The translations under genes and the position numbers were made by a program. From the NCBI GenBank assembly GCA_965198115.1, contig OZ240241.1:576001-640000 (forward strand): DNA of 64,000 nucleotides, in the 5' to 3' direction. The stretch comes from Candidatus Latescibacterota bacterium (GTDB taxonomy: Bacteria > Latescibacterota > UBA2968). A model generated the notes under the pieces. That model was not told the DNA's origin. It worked only from the letters and a program-made list of their open reading frames with translations, and did no database searches. Each line of letters opens with the position of its first letter. Position 1 is the first letter of the stretch. Shown here piece by piece: positions 20,924 to 31,245 of this stretch.

Positions 20924-20950
20924 TGATAGCATAATGATAGCAACTATCGC
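20924..20950 (-). promoter_or_regulatory. putative RHH antitoxin operator
   Basis: TGATAGCA-TAA-TGATAGCA plus a degenerate inverted half-site ACTATC just upstream of the antitoxin. Confidence 0.55.
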
Positions 20951-21467
20951 GCTGATGACAAGGTGCTTGTTGGATAGGAAAGACGAATAGGAGGGTAAAG
21001 CTGGGATTAGCCGGGGCTGGCGGTGATGGCCTCGGTGGACTTCCCGACAAAAGTCGACTGGCGTCGACCTTCACGCGGTCTTGCAGTTGCAGGGACCTGC
21101 GATCGATTTTAGTGTCGTCTAGTCGGAAGAGTCCGGCCGGGAGAGGCCGTAGGTCACGCAGAGAATGAGTCCGACGATGAAGACAATGAGCCCTGTTTCG
21201 CCGCCCATAAGGTCACCAATCACTTTCGGGGGAGACTTTCATACTATAGGACATTCCGGATTGCGAATGGGTTCCCACTGTTCTAGTCATCGACCGTATC
21301 GCCTTGTTCTTGACAGGAATGACGCGGGCCCGGACCCTCTGTAGGCGAGAGGTCAGAGTTCGGAGGTCAATAGAGACAGTGACCGACCGAAACGCGTAGA
21401 CGGCGTCGAAGAACTCGTCTCACAGTGCCTGAATGGGTGCTGCACGAGATCAAAGCAGGAGGTGCCC

Positions 21468-22745
21468 GTGGCAGAGAGCAGCTTGGCCGTTCAAGGTGGC
21501 CCGCCGGCAATTACCATTGCTGAACCCGAGGACTGGCAGATGTTCGACACGGCCTAGGCGACAGCCGTCGCTGCGATGGCGGGCGATGCGGAACTTTCGG
21601 GCAGCGGGACGGGTGTGACGAAGGCGTTCGAGCAGGCATTCGCGGCGTATGTGGGACGAACGTATGCCCTGTCGCAGATGAACGGGACGTCGACGCTTTG
21701 GGGGGCTTACTTCGCGACGGGTGTGGGGCCGGGTGACGAAGTGATCCACCCGACGTACAGCTGGATCGGGGCGGTGATGCCGGCCGTGTTCCTGGGAGCG
21801 CGCCCTGTGTTCTGCGACATCGATCCGGCGACGTTGACGGCCGATCCCGTCGATATCGAGCGGCGAATCACGAATCGAACCCGGGCCATCAGCGTCGTCC
21901 ACCTATGGGGCAATCCCGTGGATATGGACGCGATGCTCGAGATTTCGGAGAAGTACGGGATTCCGGTGATCGAGGATTGTTCCCACGCGCACGGGGCCGA
22001 ATGGGAGGGCAAGAAGGTCGGTGCCGTCGGCGACATCGGGTGTTTTTCGCTCGGGGGGGAAGGGGAGGCCGCGATAGGCGTGGGTGAGGGCGGGATGATC
22101 GTCACGGATAACCGTGAGTATTACGAACGCGCGCTGATCTGCGGTCATCTCAATCGGCGAGAGGTGGTCGAAGAGCTCACGCGACCCGAGTATCGCGCGC
22201 TGGACAAGACGTGTCTGGGAATCAAGTTCCGGTCGCACGCTCTGGCAATGGGACTTGGACAGGAGCAGCTACACAAAGTGGACGAGGTGAATACGAAACG
22301 TCGTCAGGTTCTGGCCGAGCTGTACCAGATCGTGGAGGAAATCCCAGGCCTCGCACCTCTATCCGTGCACGACAAGGCGACCCCGGGTGGGTTCTTCGGG
22401 TATCGGGTGCTCTACGATTCGGATGAGTTGGGCGGGCTTCCGGTGGAGGCGTATGTGGCAGCATTACAGGCAGAAGGGATGCCGATCGCGCCCTGCGGTT
22501 TTCCCTTGTTGCATCGGTTGCCCCTCTTCAGCGATGGGTTTGACATCTACGGAGGCGATCGGGGTCCCCTGGCGTCGGACTATGCAGGATACGCCGAGGG
22601 TGATCTTCCTCAGGCCGAGGAGGTACATCCTCGCGTGCTTGCCTTGCCGGCGCTCACGGATCCGAAGACTGGGGTGTTGGACGAATACAGGGAAGCGTTG
22701 AGGAAAGTGGCTGCGAATGCTGCTTCGCTCTTGGAGAAGGTTTGA
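21468..22745 (+). CDS. DegT/DnrJ/EryC1/StrS family PLP-dependent aminotransferase (in-frame TAG at 21555-21557 before ATG 21576)
   Basis: RBS aggagg plus GTG 21468 gives MAESSLAVQGGPPAI; NGTS, GPGDEVI, VHLWG, IEDCSHAHGA, GEGGMIVT. Confidence 0.82.
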
Positions 22746-22773
22746 ACCACCAAGACGCTAGTTAGAAGTTTAA

Positions 22774-24193
22774 GGCTATATCCGGATCTCTCAACGAGAT
22801 GAAGTGGGTGAAGGTGCCGTGGTTCCTGGCATGGGGGCGCGGTTAGCGTGTGCGGAACCTCTTCGGAATCTGCTCAGGGATGTTTAGGTCTCCGACGGTA
22901 AGGAAGATCATATCGTTGAATGCGTCGAGTGTGCGGAATCCGCTGGCTCGGTTCTTGACGATTTGGACGATTCGGTTGAGGCCTTCGGCGATGGCGTTGG
23001 TAAGACGCGTGTTCACGAATGCGAGGACGCCGAAGAAGTGCTGTCGCAGGGTCCTGACGAACTTTCGCAGGGGTTCAAGTCGACTTCTGAGTGCGGACGT
23101 CGTCCAGCATTTCAGGAAGCGTTCGGCAGCCCAGGGCGCTTTGTATTCCCAGAACTGCTCGAACTCGTCCTTGAGTCTCCAGGCTCTATAGATTCGGTAG
23201 TTCGCCTTCTCCAGTGCTTTGAGTGTCCGAGTATCCCCTCTGGAGCGTGTCGCTGAGTGCCGGTAGAGGAGCCATCGGAGGCCCTTCATGGCTTTGCGCT
23301 CATCCGGGGCAGCTTTACGCCACTGGTCCTTACGGACCTCGTCAACGGCGGCATTGAGAGCCTTGACGATGTGAAAGCGATCGAGGACCAGCTTGGCATT
23401 CGGACAGTGTTCCTGGATGGCTCCGATGTAAGCTTCGCTCATGTCGCAGCAGGCCCACTCGATCTTGGATCTCTGGTAGGGACTGAGAGCCTCTGTGAAG
23501 AACCGATCGATCGTTTTACGCGCCCTGCCGCGGCCAACCCACACCACGCAGGAGCGGTCCAGATCGTAAACGAGCGTGGCGTACCTGTGACGCTTGGCGT
23601 AGGAGATCTCGTCGATCCCGATGGTTTTGAGCCCTCGGATACGATGACCTTCACGAAGCCGCGTGATGGATCGGTGAAGGAGATCCGACAGCGTCGAGGC
23701 AGAGATGCGCAGCAACTCGGACGCCGCCTTCTGCGTCATGGTCTGGCAGTAGCGCAGCATGGCATACTCGAAGCGATACGTCACCCGAGAGAACCGCTCC
23801 GCCCACGGAATCTCCTCGACCACACGACCGTGGGTAGGACACCGAATCTCCCGAGGATGGTAGAGAAGCCAGACCCTCCACCCGCACACCGGAATGTCAC
23901 GCCACCGACGCGGATGGGGCATTGTGCGGACGATTTTACCTCGACGGCCGCACTCCGGACAACAACAACCATTCTTATGGGGCTTTACGGCGATGACGAA
24001 ACAGCTTCTCCCCTCAAACCACCAGCTGACAACACGGAACCCCTTGAATCTCAGCAGTTTCGATAGTAATCTGCTCCCGGTCATAGGTCGCACCCCCTTC
24101 GCTTTGATTGTCCTACACACACAACCAAGCGTAGGGAACGATCTATGACCTTGTCATTCTATAGTTTCACCGTTGAGAAACCCGGATAGAGCC
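22774..24193 (-). mobile_element. ISL3 family element, complete
   Basis: IRs GGCTCTATCCGGGTTTCTCAACG / GGCTATATCCGGATCTCTCAACG; 8-bp TSD AAGTTTAA. Confidence 0.93.
22843..24120 (-). CDS. ISL3 family transposase
   Basis: CPECG zinc finger, GIDE, CCDMS, DRFHIV, TNAIAEGLN. Confidence 0.93.
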   Translation of the reverse strand: MCRTIKAKGVRPMTGSRLLSKLLRFKGFRVVSWWFEGRSCFVIAVKPHKNGCCCPECGRRGKIVRTMPHPRRWRDIPVCGWRVWLLYHPREIRCPTHGRVVEEIPWAERFSRVTYRFEYAMLRYCQTMTQKAASELLRISASTLSDLLHRSITRLREGHRIRGLKTIGIDEISYAKRHRYATLVYDLDRSCVVWVGRGRARKTIDRFFTEALSPYQRSKIEWACCDMSEAYIGAIQEHCPNAKLVLDRFHIVKALNAAVDEVRKDQWRKAAPDERKAMKGLRWLLYRHSATRSRGDTRTLKALEKANYRIYRAWRLKDEFEQFWEYKAPWAAERFLKCWTTSALRSRLEPLRKFVRTLRQHFFGVLAFVNTRLTNAIAEGLNRIVQIVKNRASGFRTLDAFNDMIFLTVGDLNIPEQIPKRFRTR

Positions 24194-24216
24194 AAGTTTA
24201 AAGGGGGTTGAAGCGG

Positions 24217-24252
24217 AGGTTATTGTTCGGGTAGACACCCGAACAATAACCT
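24217..24252. repeat. perfect 16-bp inverted repeat
   Basis: AGGTTATTGTTCGGGT-AGAC-ACCCGAACAATAACCT. Confidence 0.65.
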
Positions 24253-24356
24253 GAGGTTCTCACTAGAGCCCTCGTCGACCAGCATCTTCTTGATCACCTT
24301 CGCCTGTTGCGAATCGGTATCCTCCAGCACCAGACATTCGCCTTCGTAGAGATTGA

Positions 24357-24647
24357 TCAGGAGCGGGGGCTCGACGCCGGAAAACCAGTAAGAATGTTCC
24401 GAAGCGCGGGCTCGACGATCAGATGGTCCGTGGCGAGCTCGGGCAGCTGTTCGGCCACGCCCTGAGCGAGCGATGCCCCCGTCGAGACATAGACATCCAG
24501 CGCATCCGCAATGGACCCGATGCGATCGACTGCCGTCTGGAGCATCGATCGATCGCCCACGAGCGCGTGAAACTGCTTGGGCTTCTGCCTTCGACTGAAA
24601 GGCCAGAGCCGCGTTCCGACGCCACCGGCGCGAATCACGAATTTCAT
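24357..24647 (-). pseudogene. manC: mannose-1-phosphate guanylyltransferase N-terminal fragment
   Basis: AGGVGTRLWPFSR..KPKQF, EPALRN, then similarity is lost. Confidence 0.8.
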
Positions 24648-24814
24648 CCTTGCTCCTTCTCTGTCGACCCTATCGATCGCGGTTATCCCCGCGAGAGGAG
24701 AAGATCCGAAAGGACACGTCCCATGTCAAAAAGTGATGGTTCTCGGAGCCCAAAACAGAAGAGCCGCTCCTCGAAAAGAGCGGCTCACGAACACGATCCG
24801 GCGGCTTCCTGCGG

Positions 24815-25309
24815 TCAGTCGCCGAGCTTGGGATAGTCAAAGAACTCGAACTGCCCTGCTCCTGGTCCTACGTCGGGCCAGGAATCGAATCGGGCGCTGA
24901 AGATGGCACACGTCGGCAAATTGTCCACTGAGAAGTCCGTCAACGTGTTCGCGAGATCGGTCATGTCCGGATTATGCCCGACCAACATCAATGACGCAAC
25001 TGCTGCGTCGACGGACTGCGCAACCTGAATGATCGCAGAGGCGCCGCCGCCGTAGATCGATTCCACGATCCTCACGTCTCCCTCATACCCCATCGCTTTT
25101 CCGATCTCGCCCGTCGTGCGTCTCGCGCGTTTGGCCGGACTCGTGATGATCAGATCAGGCCGGACGCCGCGTTCCTTGAGTCGACGTCCCATCACAGGGG
25201 CATCCCGCTTTCCCCGCTTGTTGAGCGGGCGATCGATGCCCGCCATGCCGGGGTCCGCCCAACTCGACTTAGCGTGTCTGACAAGATAGAGGTCAACCAA
25301 AACTTCCAT
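24815..25309 (-). CDS. SixA-like histidine phosphatase family protein
   Basis: LVRHAKSSW, DRPLNKRG, TSPAKRA, LVGHNP. Confidence 0.9.
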   Translation of the reverse strand: MEVLVDLYLVRHAKSSWADPGMAGIDRPLNKRGKRDAPVMGRRLKERGVRPDLIITSPAKRARRTTGEIGKAMGYEGDVRIVESIYGGGASAIIQVAQSVDAAVASLMLVGHNPDMTDLANTLTDFSVDNLPTCAIFSARFDSWPDVGPGAGQFEFFDYPKLGD

Positions 25310-25315
25310 CCTCGG

Positions 25316-26226
25316 CTAAATCATGTATCTGAAGTGCTTAACACACGCTGCCTTTTCATCCGGATCGGGGATGCGCTCGATCAGATTGTGGAAACTGTAG
25401 TTGTATTTGAGCGTGTGCCCGTAATCCCAATCACTCTGCTCGAAGTCCTGGCGCCAGTACCCTTCGTCCAAAGGACTGTCGGGGTTCGCGAGACACACAC
25501 GCCACTTCTTAGGCGGTATGAAGTCCTGACTCTTTCGTAGAATCTTGACCTTGATCTTGAAAGGTGTGACCCCCGCTTCGTAGAGGTCGGAGTAACCCAG
25601 CTCCTCGAGCTCGATGAGCGAGTGGGCGTGGGTGATCAGGTGACCGACCTGCGCTTTGTGGACATCGAGGTCGTAGATTTGCTTGAACTTGAGAAACTCC
25701 GCAAGGGTCAGCGAAACGACGTCATCGACCTCATCGCCCACCGGGAAGTCGTCATCGGGCGTCAGCGTCGTTTCGTGGACGGTCTTCCCTTTGCCACCGA
25801 TATACATTCCGAACCGGACGGCATCGAACGCACGGATGAGTTCGCCCAGTCCCTCCGTCATTGATGAAACCCTCTCCTCAGGCACATCTCGCAAGGCTTT
25901 GATCGCAAGCGCACTGTAGATCGCGTTGTGACCGATGTCGCAAAGCTTGTGGATGTTTCCCCGCAGGGCCTCCACAATGACGTGCTCCGTATCGGCCCGT
26001 GACGGCTCCCCCGTGTGCGGCACGAAATACGCTTCGTGCTTCTGGATCATGCGATCTGCCTGCCCCGAATCGCATTCACCGTTTCCTCGCTGAGGTCGTT
26101 CTCCTTCACAAAGTAGTAGGCCGCAATGAGGGCAGCCCCATAGTGCGCGGGCCACACGCTCTTCATCATAGACCTGCTCATGCAGGTCAGCCCTCTCTCG
26201 AGATAAGCGCGATCGAGCCCCATCAT
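25316..26226 (-). pseudogene. conserved hypothetical His-rich helical protein, frameshift near 26065
   Basis: ORFs 26047-26247 and 25316-26155 join into one plausible protein (AHYGAALIAAY, GHNAIY, GHLITH, GHTLKY). Confidence 0.6.
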
Positions 26227-26262
26227 CTGGTCACTGTCACCGGTCACTGGTCATTGGTCACT

Positions 26263-27621
26263 TTAGTGGGCTCGCCGCCCCTCCGGCGCACGCAGCGTAT
26301 TCTCGTGCCGCCGATCGACCGAGGGCGGAACCATCGTCTCGATCACCTCATTCGGGCCGCTCAGCCTCTTCACGAGCTTGAAGGCGTCATACAGATCGCC
26401 CGTTGCCGTGCGGGCGACGTAATCAAGCGTGTCCCTCCCCACCGTGATGATCTGGAACAGCTGCGTGTTTTCCGCCGCCCTTTCGTACCACTCCTCCTTC
26501 GTCAGCCTGTACATCTTCGGCCCGCTGACGGATACCACATACATCGTCCCTTTCCCCTCCTCCCAGACTGTCTTGCCCCTGGGCAGGTTCGTTCCGCGCC
26601 CATACGTGTGGTCGTGACCCTGGAGAACCAAGTCTACGCCATATGCATCGAAGATCGGCTTCCACAGCGCTCGTAGCTCCTCGTTGTCGCGCGTTCCGGC
26701 TATCGAGAAAATCGGGTGGTGAAAGGTCAGGATGGTCCATCGGTGAGGATTCTCCTGAAGCACGTCTCGCAACCAGTCCACCTGCCTCTCCCTCTGTTCA
26801 CTGGAGTTGAGTGAAATAATCCGGCTACCTTGATAGTCGATGTAGTAGACTGTTTCCTCGAGCCCGGAAGGTCCGTTCTCGGGCAGGGTGAATGTCGGCC
26901 GCCACTGGTTCGACAGCCGCCGTGTCACGCTGTCCACCCTGGCGTACTCGTGATTACCCGGTGTCGGCACGACGGGCGTCGATGCGTGAATGAAGTCTCC
27001 AGCTTCGAACCACTCCGACCAATCGCTGTCCCGGTTCGCACGGTTGATCAGATCGCCAGCGTGAAGGAAGAAATCAGCGTGCGGCGCTTCCTGATAGGCT
27101 GCGCGAATCGTCCTCGACCAGAGCGCCAGCAGGTTGTTCTGAGCGTCCCCGAAGTAAGCGAACGTGAAAGGCGCTGGCCCTATCTTCGCGGTACGGAACT
27201 GAAACCACTCGCTCCAGACGTTGCCGTGACCGACCCGATACGCGTGTAGCGTGTTGGGCGCGAGTTGGTTGAAAGTGACTGAGTGGCTGCTCCATCCATA
27301 GCCGTCCTGCCAGAATCGCTCCGTCGTTGCCAGATGTTTATCGTGCTCGAACACAAAATTCGGCGAGGCATCCGCCACCGCCACCTCGGCTGCGCCGGAA
27401 TCCACAGCCGAAGCAGTCCGCCAGGTGACGGACGCTGATGTCGCTGGGTCGCCCGACCACGTCAGGACGATGCGATCGGGAATCTCCGTCGCGACCGAGT
27501 CGATCGCACCTCGTTTATATGTGTGGTGAGCTCCCGGCGCCTGCTCCAAACCAGGTCCATCGCAGGCCAGTAATCCCGTTCCAATCACTGCATACCAAAT
27601 CATCCTGTGGCGATTCATCAC
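26263..27621 (-). CDS. purple acid phosphatase family metallophosphoesterase (FN3-like N domain, lipoprotein signal)
   Basis: LLAC lipobox; FGDAQ, AGDL, GNHE, HHP, GHDH. Confidence 0.9.
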   Translation of the reverse strand: MMNRHRMIWYAVIGTGLLACDGPGLEQAPGAHHTYKRGAIDSVATEIPDRIVLTWSGDPATSASVTWRTASAVDSGAAEVAVADASPNFVFEHDKHLATTERFWQDGYGWSSHSVTFNQLAPNTLHAYRVGHGNVWSEWFQFRTAKIGPAPFTFAYFGDAQNNLLALWSRTIRAAYQEAPHADFFLHAGDLINRANRDSDWSEWFEAGDFIHASTPVVPTPGNHEYARVDSVTRRLSNQWRPTFTLPENGPSGLEETVYYIDYQGSRIISLNSSEQRERQVDWLRDVLQENPHRWTILTFHHPIFSIAGTRDNEELRALWKPIFDAYGVDLVLQGHDHTYGRGTNLPRGKTVWEEGKGTMYVVSVSGPKMYRLTKEEWYERAAENTQLFQIITVGRDTLDYVARTATGDLYDAFKLVKRLSGPNEVIETMVPPSVDRRHENTLRAPEGRRAH

Positions 27622-27630
27622 ATCCTCCCG

Positions 27631-28002
27631 TTACGCCCATACGCGGCCGGCAGAGCATCGAGGACCTCGAAGCACGCTTGGGTTTTCTTGGTGCCAACCT
27701 AACGAGTCGAAGATCCCGAGTTCCTTGAGGATCTCGAATGTCGCAAGCTCCCTCTTCTCGATCTCGACCCGTATCCTGAGCCGTAGCAAAGCTTCTGCCT
27801 CCTCCGCATCGATCAGATCCTCGAAAGCAGCCCTCTGCAAGTACTCCAAGCGGATCAGGATCTTGGCGATCACATCCTTCGCCGGCTCGCGACCAGGCAT
27901 AAGGAGTCCGTGCTCGTTGAGGGCCCTGATGTCGTTGTACACGACCGATCTGTCTACGTCCAGAGACGCCGCGATGTGTGCAGGTCCAACTCCCCCGGCC
28001 AA
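27631..28002 (-). CDS. hypothetical protein, possible N-terminal HTH
   Basis: IAASLDVDRSVVYNDI resembles a helix-turn-helix. Confidence 0.4.
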   Translation of the reverse strand: MAGGVGPAHIAASLDVDRSVVYNDIRALNEHGLLMPGREPAKDVIAKILIRLEYLQRAAFEDLIDAEEAEALLRLRIRVEIEKRELATFEILKELGIFDSLGWHQENPSVLRGPRCSAGRVWA

Positions 28003-28448
28003 CTGTGCGGCGACCGAAATCCCTGACTCTCACAGTGTCGTCCGAATGATCTGCTGTGCGAGGCTTGCCGTTCTGCCTTACTACTCGCAGTCACCGTCCT
28101 CCGGAGCACTTATCTCTGAAGGTTGTTACTGAATTCGGGGAGCCCCTTTGCTACGGCGCCGTCTCTAGTCGGCGTCCTTGTATTGTCGGCCCTTCAACAT
28201 AATAAATATACTGATATTCCGATCACCTCAAAGCAGCTATCTCCTCTCACGAGTTCTTCCCTCAGCAGGAGACAAAATAACTTTGCCATCTGCTCCACCT
28301 TGCTTATCCAGTCCTGATGCCAGCTGCATGAATCGCATAATTCACTGCACGACAATTAGTTATGAAGAAATAGGACGACTGGTAACGGCAATCGGAGTGT
28401 GGTCAATAACCCCCCAAGACAAGATGTGTTACGCGTTTTCCAAAAATT

Positions 28449-29327
28449 CTAAACTCGATGTGTTGGGCAGTCATATGCGCACAGCACTCGCCCATCCCGC
28501 AGCCGCAACAAGTGCGCCGGATATCCCCAGAACTCACACTGCACCGGGTAGGTCCACGTGATCCCCCCATCATCCGACCACCGCTGCACCAGAAATCCCG
28601 GATCGGGCTCGGTCCTAGAGAGCGCGGTCAGGCGACCCGGGGACACCTCCAAGAACGTGGTTTCGCCGGTGTTGATCCCATCGGCGTGGCTGCCCATTGG
28701 GTGCAGCCTGAACGTCTGGGCGCCATCCGTCGACCTCCACACGTAGGTGGCCGTGCGGCTGTGGTGAATGTCCGGTCCGTAGACCGAGAACAGGAAAGTG
28801 CCGTCGGCCAGTAAGGCCTCTTGGTGGACCTGGTGCACCTGGAAGGAGCGGAAGCCGGGGATGGCCCACTCGCGGCGGGTCCAGGTCTGGCCCCGGTCGG
28901 TGGACCGCTGCACGAACAACCGGTGGCCTCCCACGATGATCAGGTCGTCGTGTAGCTGGTGAGGCCTTACTGTCATTCCCCGAGCTTCGGCTTCGCCCGT
29001 GCGCTCGACTGGCCAGATCTCCCACCCGACGGAGCCCGCACACAAATAGGTGCCATCGGGCATGACGGCAGCGAAGCGGTCGTAGCGCTCGCGCGGATGG
29101 GTGCCCGACCAGTTGTAGGGGATGGTGGGATCGTCGGTCTCGGTCCAGGTGGCACCGTCGTCGCGGGACTCGACGACAACGAACTCGACACGAGGGTCGA
29201 TTGCGTAGTGATCCGAGAAGGGGGAAGCGGGGACGCCAACAGCGAGGCGGCCATCGGGGAAATGGTGGAGTTGAGGGAAGGCCGTGTAGTAGCCATCGCG
29301 CTTGGAGATGATCGAGTGCTGCATCAT
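28449..29327 (-). CDS. BNR/Asp-box repeat sialidase-like protein, probably 3'-truncated
   Basis: AFP motif, SRDDGATW, STDRGQTW, STDGAQTF, SDDGGITW; ends abruptly after GRVLCAY. Confidence 0.78.
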   Translation of the reverse strand: MMQHSIISKRDGYYTAFPQLHHFPDGRLAVGVPASPFSDHYAIDPRVEFVVVESRDDGATWTETDDPTIPYNWSGTHPRERYDRFAAVMPDGTYLCAGSVGWEIWPVERTGEAEARGMTVRPHQLHDDLIIVGGHRLFVQRSTDRGQTWTRREWAIPGFRSFQVHQVHQEALLADGTFLFSVYGPDIHHSRTATYVWRSTDGAQTFRLHPMGSHADGINTGETTFLEVSPGRLTALSRTEPDPGFLVQRWSDDGGITWTYPVQCEFWGYPAHLLRLRDGRVLCAYDCPTHRV

Positions 29328-29363
29328 GGCTCTCTCCTGCTACGCAGGCGGCAGCGACTGTTG

Positions 29364-29522
29364 CTTCCTACACGTAGAGAAACTCGATTTTAAATCGCCG
29401 ATCTTTTTTGATCGGACTTGAAGTCGGGTTTTCTGCGATCGTCCGCCTACGGGCTTTACAATCCGTTTTCCCATACTTGATCAGTTATTGGCCATCGTGA
29501 GGAGCTGGACAGGATTCTGAGT
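29364..29522. repeat. 159-bp repeat, reverse complement of 37679-37837
   Basis: Direct by-eye comparison shows identity. Confidence 0.85.
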
Positions 29523-29770
29523 ACCCGACGTCAACTTAAGAACTGTCTCGTGGTTGAGCCGTTCTTCAGGATGAACGTAAGAGTTCAATAGAAGATGCCT
29601 ATCGACTTCTTGCATTCGGAGACAGAAGCACCCTCAGCAGATTCGGTCGCGGGAGTGGCCAGCAGCTGGAGGCAGATTTTCTGGCGGGTATCGGCTTCAC
29701 AACCCTATCCTCTCAAGAAATAGAGTCTCCGGCACGTCCGGGGTGATTCAGAGACATTCGAAGCGCTCGA

Positions 29771-31158
29771 GGTGAGGTCCCTATCCTAGTTGAAACTTAA
29801 AGGGCTCCAAACTTACGTTGTGGGTAGACGTGTGAGAGCGTGTACCCGTAAGAAAGGAGCCCACGATGGAGAAGCTATTTGCAGGGGATGGCGAAGTCAA
29901 GGTTGGGTCAGACGTTATGGATTTGGAGACGCGTTTATCGGTGATCCGGGCGCTGATTCCGCTGGGTCTGGAGGCCGTTGCCGACGTGCTCCAGCAGGAG
30001 GTGGAGCAGCTCGCAGGCGTTCGGTATGCGCGTAAGGGTTCAGAGCAGTCGCATCGTCGATGGGGAAGCCAGAAAGGGTCCGTGTATCTGATGGACCAGA
30101 AGCTGCCGGTGGCCGTTCCCCGTGTGCGCGACGTCGAGTCCGATACGGAGGTTTCTCTGGCCGCATACCGGGGGATGCAGAGGCCCAGAGCGATGGATGA
30201 GAAGCTGCTGCTTCGTGTGCTCAAGGGAATCTCCTGTCGCAACTACAGAGCCTGTGCAGAGTCGGTACCCGAAGCGTTCGGAATCTCGGCATCCTCCGTC
30301 TCGCGACGGTTCATCAAAGCCACCGCAAAGAAGCTGAAGCAGTTCCAGGAACGACCGCTCGACGACTACGACTTGGTCGCCCTGTTCATCGACGGAAAGA
30401 GCTTTGCCGACGAAGAGATCGTGATCGCTCCGGGCGTCACGACGGACGGCCAGAAGATCCCCCTGGGCTTCGTCGAATCGGCGACGGAGAACGAACGGAT
30501 CTGCCGTCAGCTGATCCAGGATCTCATCCGGAGAGGCCTGTGCTACGACCAGGGCCTTCTCGTTGTGCTGGACGGCTCAAAGGGACTCCGCAGTGCCGTC
30601 ACCAAAGCCCTCAAAGGGGATGTGTGCGTGCATCGCTGTCAGTGGCACAAGCGCGAGAACGTCGTCAGCTACCTCCCGGAGGCAGAACGTCCAAGAGTTC
30701 GACGGAAACTTCAGAAAGCCTATGACTGCGACACCTACGAGGAGGCAAAGGCCGCACTCGAATCACTCAAACCCGAACTCAAGCTGATGAATCAGTCTGC
30801 CGTGGCAAGCCTCGAGGAAGGACTGGAGGAAACCCTGACCCTCCACCGGCTGGGGATGCTCCCGTTCTTGAAGCGAAGCTTCCGAACCACCAATTGCATC
30901 GAGGCGCTCAACAGCATGACCGGCAACCTGATACGGAAGGTCAACCGCTGGAACAACTCTCCTCAGCGACACAGATGGGTCGCGGCCGCACTCCTCGACA
31001 TCGAACCACGCCTGCGACGCGTGAGCGGATACAAACACCTCCCGCTGCTCAGGCAAGCACTGAAAAACAACCTGAATCTCGGCGACAATCAAGATGCTCG
31101 GCAGAGAGCATGAATACCACGGAGCCCGATGAGTTTCAACTGACTATGGGACTTGACC
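29771..31158 (+). mobile_element. IS256 family element (type B)
   Basis: IRs GGTGAGGTCCCTATCCTAGTTGAAACT / GGTCAAGTCCCATAGTCAGTTGAAACT; no TSD found. Confidence 0.85.
29866..31113 (+). CDS. IS256 family transposase
   Basis: FIDGK, LDGSKGL, RCQWHKREN, TTNCIE. Confidence 0.9.
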   Translation: MEKLFAGDGEVKVGSDVMDLETRLSVIRALIPLGLEAVADVLQQEVEQLAGVRYARKGSEQSHRRWGSQKGSVYLMDQKLPVAVPRVRDVESDTEVSLAAYRGMQRPRAMDEKLLLRVLKGISCRNYRACAESVPEAFGISASSVSRRFIKATAKKLKQFQERPLDDYDLVALFIDGKSFADEEIVIAPGVTTDGQKIPLGFVESATENERICRQLIQDLIRRGLCYDQGLLVVLDGSKGLRSAVTKALKGDVCVHRCQWHKRENVVSYLPEAERPRVRRKLQKAYDCDTYEEAKAALESLKPELKLMNQSAVASLEEGLEETLTLHRLGMLPFLKRSFRTTNCIEALNSMTGNLIRKVNRWNNSPQRHRWVAAALLDIEPRLRRVSGYKHLPLLRQALKNNLNLGDNQDARQRA

Positions 31159-31245
31159 GAAGGTAGCTCCATTGGCGAGACTACAGAGAACAGATGACAG
31201 AGGGCAGAGACGACGGCTTCGCCTTCATGAGGATTAACAATGGCT

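Noticed and set aside
28191-28219. dif-like Xer site
   Set aside because: Only the XerD-like arm (TTATGTTGAAG on -) resembles consensus; the XerC arm does not
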